Shown: positions 10,258 to 20,744, counted from the stretch's first letter. The stretch: 64,000 bases of DNA from Acidimicrobiia bacterium (GCA_041747855.1 JBGTEJ010000088.1:362-64361), one strand, 5' to 3'. Program-made: numbers and translations. The notes: a model not told the origin generated them from the letters alone.

Positions 10258-11594
10258 CGGTCGACATCCCCCATGACGGGGTCCATGGAGGCGATGGTGG
10301 CGACGGTATCAGCCATGAGGCTGTCGGCCATCGTGATCGGGAGGCCCTGGAGGTTGTAGAACGAAGGCGCCCTGGTGTGCATCCGATATGGCCTGGCCTC
10401 ACCGTCGGACACCAGGTAACAGCCCAACTCCCCACGTGGAGACTCGATCGAGACATAGGTCTCACCAGGGGGCACCTTGAAACCCTCCGTGAACAGCTTG
10501 AAGTGGTGAATCAGGGCTTCCATCGACTCGTCGATGCGGGCCCTGGGCGGGGGTGTGATCTTCCTGTCGGCGATCCGGTAGTCACCTTTGGGCATGGTGT
10601 CCATGACTTGCTCGACGATCTTCAGCGACTCCCGTATCTCTCCGATCCGCACCCGGTAGCGGTCGTAGACATCTCCCTCAGTGCCGGTGACGACATCGAA
10701 CTCGTACTGCTCGAGACCCGAGTAGGGGAAGACCTTGCGGATGTCCCAGTCCAGCCCGGTCGCCCGGAGTGCCGGGCCGGTGATGCTGTTGGCCAGGGCC
10801 TCCTCGGTGGACATGACACCTACGCCTTTGGTGCGTGCCAGCCAGATCGGGTTGTTCTCGAGCAGATCGTCGTATTGGGTCAGCCGCTGGGGAATGTCCT
10901 CGAGGATCGCCCCGACATCGTCCTTCCATCCCGGAGGCAAGTCGGCGGCAACACCACCTGGACGGATGTAGTTGTGGTTCATTCGAAGACCGGTGGTCTT
11001 CTCGAAGAAGGCGAGGATCGACTCCCGCTCCCTGAACCCATAGATCATCATCGAGATCGCCCCGATGTCCATCCCGTTGGTGGCGGTGGCCACAAGATGT
11101 GAGGAGATCCGGTTGAGCTCGGTCATCAGCACGCGGATGGCGGCGGCTCTGGGGGGGACTTCAACGCCGAGCAGTCTCTCCGCGGCTAGCGAGAAGGCCA
11201 GCTCACAGTGGAGCGGGGCCAGATAGTCCATCCTGGTCACGTTGGTGGGACCCTGACCGAAAGTGAGCTGCTCGGCTGTCTTCTCCATGCCGGTATGGAG
11301 ATATCCGATGATCGGCTTCGATCTTCGAATCACCTCACCTTCCAGTTCGACCTGGAGACGGAGCACACCATGGGTCGACGGATGCTGGGGCCCCATATTC
11401 AGGATCATCCGCTCCTCGTCGGGCACCTCGTCGTCGAAGAGGTAGTCATCGTCGACCACACGACCGTATTGCTGGTCGAGACGGGCCTCGGTTTCGGTTC
11501 GTCGGATCTCCTGGGCACCTTCGTCGGTCGGGCTGAACTCCGGCTCTTCGGTGCCTGCCACCCAGAGATCGAGCTTGGTCGTGTCTTCGCCCAT
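10254..11594 (-). CDS. nuoD: NADH-quinone oxidoreductase subunit D
   Basis: 49-kDa subunit motif MGPQHPSTHGVLRL. Has an acidic N-terminal extension of about 60 aa. Confidence 0.95.
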   Translation of the reverse strand: MGEDTTKLDLWVAGTEEPEFSPTDEGAQEIRRTETEARLDQQYGRVVDDDYLFDDEVPDEERMILNMGPQHPSTHGVLRLQVELEGEVIRRSKPIIGYLHTGMEKTAEQLTFGQGPTNVTRMDYLAPLHCELAFSLAAERLLGVEVPPRAAAIRVLMTELNRISSHLVATATNGMDIGAISMMIYGFRERESILAFFEKTTGLRMNHNYIRPGGVAADLPPGWKDDVGAILEDIPQRLTQYDDLLENNPIWLARTKGVGVMSTEEALANSITGPALRATGLDWDIRKVFPYSGLEQYEFDVVTGTEGDVYDRYRVRIGEIRESLKIVEQVMDTMPKGDYRIADRKITPPPRARIDESMEALIHHFKLFTEGFKVPPGETYVSIESPRGELGCYLVSDGEARPYRMHTRAPSFYNLQGLPITMADSLMADTVATIASMDPVMGDVDR

Positions 11595-11595
11595 G

Positions 11596-12069
11596 TCAGG
11601 TCACCTGCGGGGAGGCTTTGAATTGGACAGGAACCGAGCCGACCCCGAAGTCTTTGCGGAGGGGATAACCCTCCCAATCGTCCGGCATCAGAATTCGGGT
11701 CAGATCGGGATGACCCTCGAACACGATCCCGAACATGTCGTACACCTCCCGCTCACCAAAACCTGCCCCCGGCCATATTGGTGTGATCGAAGGGACCGCG
11801 GGCTGGTTGCGATCGATCCCGGTTGTCATCCGCAGCCGGGTTCGGTGTTGGACGGAGAGGAGATTGACCACTAACTGAAAGCGCTCCGGTCTGGCCCGCA
11901 TCCAGTCGACGGCGGTCACATCCACACACATCTCGAATCCGGAGTCGCGGGCAGCCTCGGCAAAGGGAAACCAGGATTCGGTGGGGACCACGGCGACGTC
12001 CTGACCATGGGAGACCTCCCAATTGACCCCGTCGAATCGGGTGGAGAGGGTTTCGAGGATCTGGTTCAT
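11596..12069 (-). CDS. nuoC: NADH-quinone oxidoreductase subunit C (short form)
   Basis: 30-kDa subunit core [35 protein letters not shown]. Position between nuoB and nuoD. Confidence 0.85.
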   Translation of the reverse strand: MNQILETLSTRFDGVNWEVSHGQDVAVVPTESWFPFAEAARDSGFEMCVDVTAVDWMRARPERFQLVVNLLSVQHRTRLRMTTGIDRNQPAVPSITPIWPGAGFGEREVYDMFGIVFEGHPDLTRILMPDDWEGYPLRKDFGVGSVPVQFKASPQVT

Positions 12070-12533
12070 CGGCTGATCTCACCCGACATGATCTTGTCGT
12101 GGAGGGTGAGGATCCCGTGCATGAGGCTCTGCGGGCCAGGCGGGCACCCGGGCACGTAGATGTCGACCGGGACGATCTGGTCAACACCCTGCACCAGGGC
12201 ATAGTTGTTGAACATGCCACCGGTCGAGGCGCAGGCACCCATGGAGATCACCCATTTCGGCTCGGGCATCTGGTCGTACACCTGTCTCAAGACGGGGGCC
12301 ATCTTCTGGCTGACACGTCCGGCGACGATCATCAGATCAGCTTGCCGGGGTGAAGCCCGAAAGACTTCCATACCGAATCGGGCCAGGTCGTAGTGTGCTG
12401 CCCCGGTGGCCATCATCTCTATGGCGCAGCAGGCGAGTCCGAAGGTGGCAGGGAACATCGAACGGGTGCGTGCCCACCTGGCGGCCTTGTCGAGGGTCGT
12501 GGTCAGCAGGTTGCCGGGTGCGGTGACTGCCAT
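12066..12533 (-). CDS. nuoB: NADH-quinone oxidoreductase subunit B
   Basis: ORF 12066..12698 trimmed to [10 protein letters not shown]... That ATG overlaps the nuoA stop (ATGA at 12533). PSST motifs [11 protein letters not shown] and GCPPGP. Confidence 0.9.
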   Translation of the reverse strand: MAVTAPGNLLTTTLDKAARWARTRSMFPATFGLACCAIEMMATGAAHYDLARFGMEVFRASPRQADLMIVAGRVSQKMAPVLRQVYDQMPEPKWVISMGACASTGGMFNNYALVQGVDQIVPVDIYVPGCPPGPQSLMHGILTLHDKIMSGEISR

Positions 12534-12937
12534 CAGACCACCTCGTCCGTCACCGGCACATACCGGGCTCGCCGTTTGACATTCCAGTCGAGGGCCCCCC
12601 GCTTCCACACATAGAGCAGCGTTTCCAGGACGAAGAAAGTGAAGATCAGGATCGCCGCCACCCCGTACCACTCCAGTTCGATCCAGATCACGGCCCATGC
12701 GAACAGGAAGATGATCTCGATGTCGAAGATCACGAACAGCATCGCCACCAGGTAGAACTTGACCGGGAATCTCTGCACCGGTTCTACCTCTGGGACGATC
12801 CCACTCTCGTAGGGGTCGAGCTTCTCAGGGGTCGGGTTATCGGGACTCACCAGTCTCGAGGCCAACAGGGAGACCGCTACGAAAGCTGCGGCCAACACCA
12901 ACATGACGGCTATTGGCAGATATTCGCCCAGAGTCAC
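12533..12937 (-). CDS. nuoA: NADH-quinone oxidoreductase subunit A
   Basis: 134-aa ND3-like 3-TM ORF with a GTG start (V)[18 protein letters not shown]. First gene of the nuo cluster. Confidence 0.85.
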   Translation of the reverse strand: MTLGEYLPIAVMLVLAAAFVAVSLLASRLVSPDNPTPEKLDPYESGIVPEVEPVQRFPVKFYLVAMLFVIFDIEIIFLFAWAVIWIELEWYGVAAILIFTFFVLETLLYVWKRGALDWNVKRRARYVPVTDEVV

Positions 12938-13007
12938 GTTCGGAGCATAGAGCGGGGTCGGAGCGCCTACTAAATCGCTTCAGAGGGCCTCCGCCTAACC
13001 TTCCCGG

Positions 13008-13640
13008 GTGCCCGAACCAGGTCTTGAGCCCTCCTCTCACAACACGTATGACTTCGAGACGACCCAGTTCAGGATCGACCTGCCACGGCAGGACGACGCC
13101 GTCGAGATCTTCAGGTTGGTCGGAGGGGCCGACAGGGATGCGGTCTGCGCCACCTTGGTGTGGGACGGGCCAGACGATGTCGAGAACATCGAATGGTGGA
13201 TCGACCGCTGCAATCAGGCGACATTCGAAGATTGGGGATTCCACTGGGTGGTCCGTGATCGGGAGGGAGCGTTGACCGGATCAGTAGGGACCCCGCTAGG
13301 GGCGGTTGGAACCCGCCCCAGGTCGGAAGGGGTGGCCGATGTCGGCTACTGGATCGGGAGGCCCTACTGGGGGATGGGAGTCATGAGCGAGGTCTTGCCC
13401 GCTCTGCTCGGTCTGGGTCTCGACAGACTCGGATTCATGACCATGGAAGCCGACGTGTTCGCCAACAACGTGCGGGGCCGTCGACTGGTGGAGAGGGTGG
13501 GGATGACCGAGGAAGGGGTGACCGACAAGGGACACCTGAAGCAGGGCGTTTGGGTCGACGTGGTCCACTATGCGATGTCCGCCGAGAGGTGGAACCAGCT
13601 CGGGTCTCGGACTTCAGAGAGTGGCTCAGGAGGTCGGTAA
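13008..13640 (+). CDS. GNAT family N-acetyltransferase (RimJ/RimL-like)
   Basis: Pattern VGYWIGRPYWGMGVMSEVLPALLGLGLDRLGFMTMEADVFANNVRGRRLVERVGM is typical of the GNAT acetyl-CoA fold. The start codon is uncertain. Confidence 0.7.
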   Translation: MPEPGLEPSSHNTYDFETTQFRIDLPRQDDAVEIFRLVGGADRDAVCATLVWDGPDDVENIEWWIDRCNQATFEDWGFHWVVRDREGALTGSVGTPLGAVGTRPRSEGVADVGYWIGRPYWGMGVMSEVLPALLGLGLDRLGFMTMEADVFANNVRGRRLVERVGMTEEGVTDKGHLKQGVWVDVVHYAMSAERWNQLGSRTSESGSGGR

Positions 13641-14864
13641 GGCCCGAACAATGCCGGCAAGAGCGTCGTAGGCCCTTTCCCCGATGTGCTTCTCGTCCTC
13701 GTCGAGGAGGTTCGACATGACCTTGAGGGTCCACTCCATCAACGGTCGGTTGCGGAGACCGGTATGGGCCAACGCACGCATCACCGGGGGGTTGCCGATC
13801 ACCTTCACGAAGATCCTGGCCATCTTGTAGTAGAGCCCGAACTCGTCTTCGAGTCGCTGTGGGTAACGACGGAGCAGCCCCAGGTCGTCCTTGGTCAGTG
13901 CGTCTCCCACATAGTCAGCGGCCATCCGCCCGGTCTCGTATGCGTAGGAGATGCCCTCACCGTTCCAGGGGTTGATCGCCCCTGCGGCATCACCCACGGT
14001 TATCCAGTTGGACCCGACCAACGGCCCCCGGGAGTAGGACATGATCAGCTTCCCACCGACCGGCTTGGTCAACCGGGTCTCCTCGGATATCCCCCAGTAA
14101 TCGGGGGCGGTGGCTGCGTAATCGTTCATCATGTTGGTTGTGTTCACGGTCTTCCACCTCTTGAAGGTGGAGAGGAGGCCGACACCGACATTGATCGAGC
14201 CGTCCCCGAGTGGGAACACCCATCCGTAGCCGGGCATGGTCGCCCCCGAAGAGTCCCTCAGGTCCAACTGACTCTCCAGGAAGCGATCGGAGGATCTGGG
14301 TGACGAGTAGTAACCGCGTGCCGCAAGTCCAAGCGGGTAATCCTTTCGCCGGGCCGTCCCCAGTTCACGACCGAACCGGTTCATCGACCCATCGGCGATG
14401 ATCGTGATCTTTGGGGTGACCGTCTCGGTGGTCCCGCCGTTGGCGAGAGCGACCGACGTGAGCACCCCGTTCTCGATCACCGGGGTGGCCGTGGTCTTCT
14501 CCCTGATCAGCACGCCTTCCTTCTCGGCGAGACGGGCCACCTGGGAGTCGAGATCGGACCGCCGGATGACACCACCCCAATTGGGGTAGCGGCTGTGCTC
14601 GGGCCAGGGAAGTTCGAGCATCAGGTCGTCACCGGCGTAGGAACGGAGACCATCGATCCGGTGGAACTCGGGCACGGAGAAGTCGAAGCCCATGTCGGTC
14701 AGGTGGTAGATGGCGCGGGGGGTGAGACCATCACCGCAGGTCTTATCCCTCGGGTACTCCTTGGCCTCGACCATGGTGACCTGGTGCCCTGCTCGCGCCA
14801 GCCAGAAAGCGGCAGCGCTGCCCGACGGGCCACCACCGACCACGAGAACTTCAGGTGGGTTCAT
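13626..14864 (-). CDS. FAD-dependent geranylgeranyl reductase family protein (menaquinone/isoprenoid reductase-like)
   Basis: N-terminal VVGGGPSGSAAAFWLARAGHQVTMVE dinucleotide fold, CGDGLTPRA and GDAAG motifs. Confidence 0.85.
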   Translation of the reverse strand: MNPPEVLVVGGGPSGSAAAFWLARAGHQVTMVEAKEYPRDKTCGDGLTPRAIYHLTDMGFDFSVPEFHRIDGLRSYAGDDLMLELPWPEHSRYPNWGGVIRRSDLDSQVARLAEKEGVLIREKTTATPVIENGVLTSVALANGGTTETVTPKITIIADGSMNRFGRELGTARRKDYPLGLAARGYYSSPRSSDRFLESQLDLRDSSGATMPGYGWVFPLGDGSINVGVGLLSTFKRWKTVNTTNMMNDYAATAPDYWGISEETRLTKPVGGKLIMSYSRGPLVGSNWITVGDAAGAINPWNGEGISYAYETGRMAADYVGDALTKDDLGLLRRYPQRLEDEFGLYYKMARIFVKVIGNPPVMRALAHTGLRNRPLMEWTLKVMSNLLDEDEKHIGERAYDALAGIVRALPTS

Positions 14865-14912
14865 GTCAGGAACGGAGAGTAGAAGGTTCTCCCTGTTGTA
14901 TCGTCGCCGACG

Positions 14913-15521
14913 ATGAGCAGCCTCTCCAAGGCGACGGTCACAAGACTTCCGAGATATCTGCGGTTGCTGGACGACAGTGGTCAGTCTCAGCGAACGGTCA
15001 GTTCGGACGAATTGGCCGAGGCTGCCGGAGTCAACGCGGCGAACGTCAGGAGGGACCTGGCCGCACTCGAATTCCAGGGGACTCGTGGGGTCGGCTACGT
15101 GGCTTCCGATCTCCGAGACCGCATTCGCAGGGAGTTGGGGATCGAGAATCGACGGCGGGTTGGGATAGTCGGCGCCGGCAATCTGGGCACGGCACTGGCC
15201 AAGTACTCGGGACTCTCCAAGCGTGGGTTCGACGTGGTGGCCATCTATGACATCGACGTACAGCGAATCGGAGAGAAGGTGTCAGGGGTCGCCGTCCGCA
15301 GCCTGAAGACGATGGGTGACGACCTGATATCGGGGCTCTTCGACATGGCCATCCTCGCCGTCCCTGCGAGCTCAGCCCAAAAGGTCGCCGACACTCTCGT
15401 ACATGCCGGCGTCAAGTCGATCCTCAACTTCGCACCGATCCGGGTCAACGTTCCGGAGACAGTTGCCGTTCGTCAGGTCGATCTTTCCAACGAGCTCCAG
15501 ATCCTCAGCTACTACGGCTGA
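14913..15521 (+). CDS. rex: Redox-sensing transcriptional repressor Rex
   Basis: TVTRLPRYLRLL winged-helix start, SSDELAEAAGVNAANVRRDL, a GAGNLG Rossmann motif, length about 200 aa. Confidence 0.9.
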   Translation: MSSLSKATVTRLPRYLRLLDDSGQSQRTVSSDELAEAAGVNAANVRRDLAALEFQGTRGVGYVASDLRDRIRRELGIENRRRVGIVGAGNLGTALAKYSGLSKRGFDVVAIYDIDVQRIGEKVSGVAVRSLKTMGDDLISGLFDMAILAVPASSAQKVADTLVHAGVKSILNFAPIRVNVPETVAVRQVDLSNELQILSYYG

Positions 15522-15552
15522 CGCTCCGTTACACGATATCGGAGTGGTCGCG

Positions 15553-15921
15553 TTACCCGCTCAGCGAATCGGCTTCCTGGGACTGCTCATACTGGTGGAG
15601 GGCGGTCAGAAAGGCGAGAAACAACACCAGGCTCACCAGCAGCCAGGTGATGGGGATGATCCGTACTTCGAAGGCGTTGAGCCCTTCGATGTTCTGGGGG
15701 GCCGGGCCACGTGGGGCGTAAACGACGAACAGCATCGAACTGATCGCCAACCACCCGAAAGTGGCGGACCCGGTGATGAGGAACCCCAACTTCTTCCCGA
15801 GGTTGGTGTAGTTGAAGAGGTACTGGGAGCCGATGAAGAGAAGGACCGACACGAGCGTGAGAATGATCCCGGTGATGAACATGTTCGCCGAGAGCAACGA
15901 TCTGAAGAGTTCACGGAACAT
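15553..15921 (-). CDS. Small 4-TM membrane protein, last gene of the Rieske/cyt b operon
   Basis: 122-aa hydrophobic ORF starting 3 nt after the cytochrome c stop. No family recognised. Confidence 0.5.
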   Translation of the reverse strand: MFRELFRSLLSANMFITGIILTLVSVLLFIGSQYLFNYTNLGKKLGFLITGSATFGWLAISSMLFVVYAPRGPAPQNIEGLNAFEVRIIPITWLLVSLVLFLAFLTALHQYEQSQEADSLSG

Positions 15922-15924
15922 CTC

Positions 15925-17613
15925 TCACCTCACTCCCGCCAGGTTGCCACTTCTCAGGTAGGCGGCGATCAACTCGAGGTCGGACCGGCTCAACGCGCCA
16001 CCGAATCCGGGCATCCGACCGGAACCGAAGCCGTTCAGTCCATAGGGCGTCTCAGCCACCGAACCGTTGATCAGGAACTCGACAAGGGAGTCCGGGATAC
16101 TCGGGTCGGTGGGAGGCTCACCGAATTGAACCACCGGGCGACCGTCCCAGAGCGCCGGGCCGAATCCCCCAGAGCCGACTTCTTGGGCGAAAGGCAGACC
16201 GGCACTGAAGCTCGAGGTGTGGCATCGGGCACAGTTCGCCTGGAACAACCCAACGGCTCTCGCTGCCTGCTCCTGTGAGACTCCCATGGTGGCGGCCACT
16301 CCATCGATATCGATGTCCCAGGAGCGGTCCCGCTGTGCCTGACGGAGGAAGGCCAGACCTGCCTCCTCCTGTGGTCTGATCCGATCTTCATTCTCGACCA
16401 GCACTCTCTTGATGATGGTGACGGATTCGAGATTCCCGACCAGAGATGTTGCGCTCCTCAGATCCGCAACAGCGGTGACCGATTCGGCGTTCGTCGGGCT
16501 CAGTGCGACCAGGCCCAGACTTCTCGGGACGGTGGCGTTGGCCGCTTCGGCAAGCAGGGCGTTGATCTGGGTCTCGACCGTATCGGGTATACCGTCGCCG
16601 TCACCGTCATCTCCCGTCGCCCCTTCGATGATGGCCTCGAGACGGGCCATGTAGGTGACCAGTATTGGATCCCTCAGGGCCGCCTGGTCTAGTGCAGTCA
16701 GGTTCTGCAGGAGGATTTCGGGGTCGGGGTTGGCCGGATCAAGCACGACCGGTTCGAAGGCCCGGAAATAGGCGACCGCCTGAGCCGAGATCTCGGACAG
16801 ACGGGTTTCGACCGCATCCGGAAGTCCGTCCCCGTCGGTGTCGAGACCAGAACCAGTGTTCAAGAGGCGACGGGCTTCCTCGGCGAGGGGACGGATGAAG
16901 GCGTAGTCCTCGGGGGCCTGGTCGATCTCCACGACGACCTGCTCCTGGCTGGCGATGGCGTTGATCATTGCCTGATCCGCCCCTGCCAGACGATCTAGTT
17001 GAACCTGAATGTTCGCCGCGGTGTCGGCGACGACGTCTTGCTGAGGCCGCTCCAAGGTCTTCAGGTAATTGACCACGTCGACGACCTGGAGTTCGTTCAT
17101 GGGACCCCCACCAGCCAGGCCCCAAGGCGGCATCGGGGTGTTGCCCCGACCATAGGTGACCCAATAGTTGACCTCGTCCTCGGAGTATCTGAAGAAGACG
17201 TCATCGAGTGACGGTGCCTCCCAATCCACGGTGACACCGGACCGACGCTCAACATAGGTGGCCACCCCACCCGAACCGAGTGGTCCATGGCAAGCAAAAC
17301 ATCCGAATTCTTCGACTATGTGCTCACCCCGGGATATCGACGCTTCTGCGAACTCCTCGACGAAGCCTCCTTGACGACCCGGTTCGCCCAAGAAGTAGAG
17401 AGGAAGTGACACTGCCAGAAACCCGGCTGCCGCGATCGCCGCCTTCTGGCCGCGTTCTACCCGTCTTGTCTCCAACTGCTGGTCGTCGATCCCCGGCCTC
17501 AGGTTGGGAGCGACCTCCTCCCCGCCACGGTTGCGTAAGGCGGAGACGACGATGATGCCGAGCCAGGCGATCCCCGCAACGAGGGCGAGGACGGTGATGA
17601 CTTCGGCGGTCAT
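15925..17613 (-). CDS. Membrane-anchored dihaem c-type cytochrome with a large inter-haem insert
   Basis: Two CxxCH motifs (CFACH, CARCH) about 360 residues apart, N-terminal TM helices, and a start that overlaps the upstream Rieske stop (17610..17620). Confidence 0.8.
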   Translation of the reverse strand: MTAEVITVLALVAGIAWLGIIVVSALRNRGGEEVAPNLRPGIDDQQLETRRVERGQKAAIAAAGFLAVSLPLYFLGEPGRQGGFVEEFAEASISRGEHIVEEFGCFACHGPLGSGGVATYVERRSGVTVDWEAPSLDDVFFRYSEDEVNYWVTYGRGNTPMPPWGLAGGGPMNELQVVDVVNYLKTLERPQQDVVADTAANIQVQLDRLAGADQAMINAIASQEQVVVEIDQAPEDYAFIRPLAEEARRLLNTGSGLDTDGDGLPDAVETRLSEISAQAVAYFRAFEPVVLDPANPDPEILLQNLTALDQAALRDPILVTYMARLEAIIEGATGDDGDGDGIPDTVETQINALLAEAANATVPRSLGLVALSPTNAESVTAVADLRSATSLVGNLESVTIIKRVLVENEDRIRPQEEAGLAFLRQAQRDRSWDIDIDGVAATMGVSQEQAARAVGLFQANCARCHTSSFSAGLPFAQEVGSGGFGPALWDGRPVVQFGEPPTDPSIPDSLVEFLINGSVAETPYGLNGFGSGRMPGFGGALSRSDLELIAAYLRSGNLAGVR

Positions 17614-17616
17614 TCC

Positions 17617-18498
17617 TCAGGCGTCCTCGTCACCCACTGCGGCGCTGATGCAGTTGGGCCCTTGCGGGTAGTTGAAGGACAGATCACGGGCCCTCGGTGT
17701 TTCCAGGACGGAACCGGTCTTGATGATGAACCGGCCACCCACCACGTCGACCACGAATCGATCGAGGTTGCGGGGTGCCGGGCCGCCGAACCACTCTCCG
17801 ATGGCATTGTATTTTGAGCCGTGGCACGGGCACTCGAAGCCGATCGATGTGGCGCACCAGGGCACCCGGCATCCGAGATGGACACAACGCTGAAACAGGG
17901 CCATGAGACCGCCCGCCTCGACACTCAGCCCGGCGAACTGCTCCGAGAGCGTGGTCGGCGCAGGCACCACATAGGCCCTCGCTTCAGGAACGAACACCGG
18001 GGCCACCGAACCGTCGGGGGCTACGACCATCGTCTGTAGATCAGCCAGGGCCCCGGCATCGACATCGGTTCCGAAACCACCCGTCAGCTTTGGCCACATC
18101 ATCGCCAGGGAACCCATGCCCATCAGTCCCAGGAACGAGAAGAATGTGGCGCCGATCGCCCGGTTGAAGAACTGTCGGCGGGTTACCCCGGCCTCCTCGG
18201 GAGAGACTTCGATGACACGTTGTGTCTCAACGACCCGGACACCCGATGGCGCAGGTTCGGTCGCTTCGACCTCAGTCTCCAAGGGTTCTTCTTCCACGGC
18301 CGACACCTCTTCGGCGACGGGAGCCAACGCCACACCGGCCATCGAGCGGTCGGCGCGTCTGGTCTCGGCTGAGACCCCGGCCCCGGAGTCGACCGGCTTG
18401 ACCGCCTGGGACCGTCGGAAGGCGATGGTGAAAGCCCCGATCGCACCCAGGATGGCGAACACCGCAACTGCGAGCAGGATCATGTTGGCGAACGTCAT
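17617..18498 (-). CDS. Rieske [2Fe-2S] subunit (QcrA-like)
   Basis: CVHLGCRV...CPCHGSKY Rieske boxes and an internal TRRQFFNRA twin-arginine-like motif. ORF 17617..18795 trimmed to MTFANMILLAVAV..., whose ATG overlaps the upstream stop (ATGA at 18495..18498). Confidence 0.85.
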   Translation of the reverse strand: MTFANMILLAVAVFAILGAIGAFTIAFRRSQAVKPVDSGAGVSAETRRADRSMAGVALAPVAEEVSAVEEEPLETEVEATEPAPSGVRVVETQRVIEVSPEEAGVTRRQFFNRAIGATFFSFLGLMGMGSLAMMWPKLTGGFGTDVDAGALADLQTMVVAPDGSVAPVFVPEARAYVVPAPTTLSEQFAGLSVEAGGLMALFQRCVHLGCRVPWCATSIGFECPCHGSKYNAIGEWFGGPAPRNLDRFVVDVVGGRFIIKTGSVLETPRARDLSFNYPQGPNCISAAVGDEDA

Positions 18499-19499
18499 TC
18501 GAAATGCACCCAATCGAGTATGTCGTCGAAGAACACCCCGTCCCTCCACGGGTAGGAGAAGTTGAAGCCTCGCCCCCTGAAGAGGACGCCGAAGATGGTC
18601 AGGACTGCTGAGCCGGCAAGGAACACCGAGTAGAGGGCGATGGCGAACTTGCGGTCGCTGGGCCTGGTCGACGGGTTCTTGTCGATGAAGGGGACGATCA
18701 TCAGACCCACCAGCCCGGCAAAGCCCGGGATCATCACGCCGGCGATCTGCGGGTCGAAGTAGCTCAAGAGTTCCTGCAGACCGAGGAAGTACCACGGCGC
18801 TTTGGACGGGTTGGGAGTGTTGTTGATGTTGGCCGGGTCGAGGAGCGGTGAATGAATGATCACGGCCATGATCACCAGGATGGCGGTGATCGCCAACAAC
18901 GCACCGAACTCCATGAGCATCAAATGGGGCCAGGTGTTGACCTTGTCAGCTGGCTCTGGCTTGACGTTCTGGATGGCCCTCGCCTTTACGACGGTGAGCA
19001 ACCTTTGCGTCCGGACCCCTTCGGGCAGCCCGGCCGGTGGCGCAACCGGTCTGGCACTGACCATCGCCGCAACCCTGCCGGTACCGGGCCCGTTGCCACC
19101 ATTGGTCGACGGGTCGGACGCGGGTCGGTCCTCCACCAAAGTGGCGACTGGGGCTGGCTCGGTCTCGGGTTCCGCGTCCGCCTCCGACTCGGTGGCGGAC
19201 ACCTGTTCGTCGAGAGGCTCGGCCACTTTGGGCTCCTTAGGTGGGACGTCCTGGACCATATCCGACTCGACCTCGACCTCGCTTGCTGCACCGGGCGGGG
19301 GAACCTCGTCTACGGGCTCGGGGTCGGGTTCGGGTGCCTCGGCGGAGATGGCCTCCTCGGGTCTGGGCTCAGGCAGAGCGAACTCGACGGGTGGGGCTTC
19401 GCCCTTCATCTCGGCGAGGATCCTTTCGACGGGAACACCGGTCGCCCTGGCCTTCGCCTCGGCGGTTCTTCTCAGAAGGTCTTCGGGTATCTCAACCAT
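18495..19499 (-). CDS. Cytochrome b C-terminal half / subunit IV (PetD-like) with a long acidic Pro-rich N-terminal extension
   Basis: C-terminal 3-TM part contains the PEWY-type motif as APWYFLGLQELL. The N-terminal ~170 aa are low complexity behind a short helical head. Confidence 0.8.
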   Translation of the reverse strand: MVEIPEDLLRRTAEAKARATGVPVERILAEMKGEAPPVEFALPEPRPEEAISAEAPEPDPEPVDEVPPPGAASEVEVESDMVQDVPPKEPKVAEPLDEQVSATESEADAEPETEPAPVATLVEDRPASDPSTNGGNGPGTGRVAAMVSARPVAPPAGLPEGVRTQRLLTVVKARAIQNVKPEPADKVNTWPHLMLMEFGALLAITAILVIMAVIIHSPLLDPANINNTPNPSKAPWYFLGLQELLSYFDPQIAGVMIPGFAGLVGLMIVPFIDKNPSTRPSDRKFAIALYSVFLAGSAVLTIFGVLFRGRGFNFSYPWRDGVFFDDILDWVHFE

Positions 19500-19508
19500 T
19501 TATAGCTC

Positions 19509-20285
19509 CTAGAGGGGTCCCGAGATGCCGCCGTCTTTGCGGACACGCCAGAAGTGGACCGCCATGAAGATCACGATGATGAACGGGAAGGCCAGTACAT
19601 GAAGCACATAGAACCGCAGAAGAGTCGCCTCACTAACTTCGAGCCCGGCGAAGAGGAGGAAGGTGACCTGCTCACCCACCACCGGGGCGGCTCGACCCAT
19701 GTTGCTCCCGACCGTCACTGCCCAGTAGGCCAACTGGTCCCATGGAAGCAGGTAGCCGGAGAAGGAAAGCAGGAGGGTGAGCAGCAACAGGATCACTCCG
19801 ACCACCCAGTTGAACTCGCGAGGTGGCTTGTAGGCACCGTGATAGAAGACCCGGCTCATGTGGAGGAAGACTGAGAGCACCATCAGGTGCGCCCCCCATC
19901 GGTGGATGTTTCGCACCAGCGACCCGAAAGCCACATTCGTGGACAGTCGTTCGATGTCCTGGTAGGCCAACTCGGTGGTGGGCGTGTAATAGAACATCAG
20001 GAAGATGCCCGTGATAGTGAGGAGGATGAACAAGAAGAAGCTCAGTCCTCCCAGACACAGGGTGTAGGACAGCTTGACCCCGTGCCTCTTCACCTTCACC
20101 GGATGAAGGTGATAGAGGACATTGTTCATCACCACATAGGAGCGGTTCCTGGGACTGTCCTGATAACCCTGCTTGAAGGGGGAACCCGGTCGGAGGACCG
20201 CCTCCATGAGCTGGGAGGTGCGGAGCTTCTCACCCGCCTCCTTCGCCCGATCTTTCAGACCGACTCTGCCGTTGCCGTTAGCCAA
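19509..20285 (-). CDS. Cytochrome b6-type cytochrome b (N-terminal four-helix half)
   Basis: [19 protein letters not shown] and [27 protein letters not shown] carry the paired haem-ligand His pattern. At 258 aa the cytochrome b is split. Confidence 0.9.
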   Translation of the reverse strand: MANGNGRVGLKDRAKEAGEKLRTSQLMEAVLRPGSPFKQGYQDSPRNRSYVVMNNVLYHLHPVKVKRHGVKLSYTLCLGGLSFFLFILLTITGIFLMFYYTPTTELAYQDIERLSTNVAFGSLVRNIHRWGAHLMVLSVFLHMSRVFYHGAYKPPREFNWVVGVILLLLTLLLSFSGYLLPWDQLAYWAVTVGSNMGRAAPVVGEQVTFLLFAGLEVSEATLLRFYVLHVLAFPFIIVIFMAVHFWRVRKDGGISGPL

Positions 20286-20294
20286 TGCTCACCC

Positions 20295-20744
20295 CTACCA
20301 GCGCATCCCGTACGAATACCCATTCTTGAAGTCTCGTTGCCCCGTGTCGAAATCCCAGGGACGACGATCGAGACCGAGCTCGGCGGCATTCTCGGCAAGA
20401 GAGCCTTCGAACTTCCCGAGAGATATCACCCCGGTCGGACATCTGTCTATGCACAACTGACACCGGGTGCACTCATCCTCATCCACGATAAAGAAACCGA
20501 AATTCTGTGCGTCATCGGCCGGGTGGTCGACATTGACTCCTTCTGAGATCGCATCCAGTGAGAGATAGAAGATGCACTTCCAGGGGCAGATGTCGACGCA
20601 ACCCTCACAGAGGATGCATTCCGACTGATCGATGTGGAGGAACTGCTTTGGGCGTAGCTTGTCGGCGAAGTAGGTGCCCTCGACCACGGCCAGCTGATAG
20701 TCGTCCCGCATCGGGGGTGTCTCGTCTACCACTCCACGGGGCAT
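20295..20744 (-). CDS. 2x[4Fe-4S] ferredoxin-type protein
   Basis: CILCEGCVDICP and CTRCQLCIDRCP. Only the last 149 codons of track ORF 20295..21809 are kept. Its ATG overlaps the upstream stop (ATGA at 20744). Confidence 0.8.
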   Translation of the reverse strand: MPRGVVDETPPMRDDYQLAVVEGTYFADKLRPKQFLHIDQSECILCEGCVDICPWKCIFYLSLDAISEGVNVDHPADDAQNFGFFIVDEDECTRCQLCIDRCPTGVISLGKFEGSLAENAAELGLDRRPWDFDTGQRDFKNGYSYGMRW

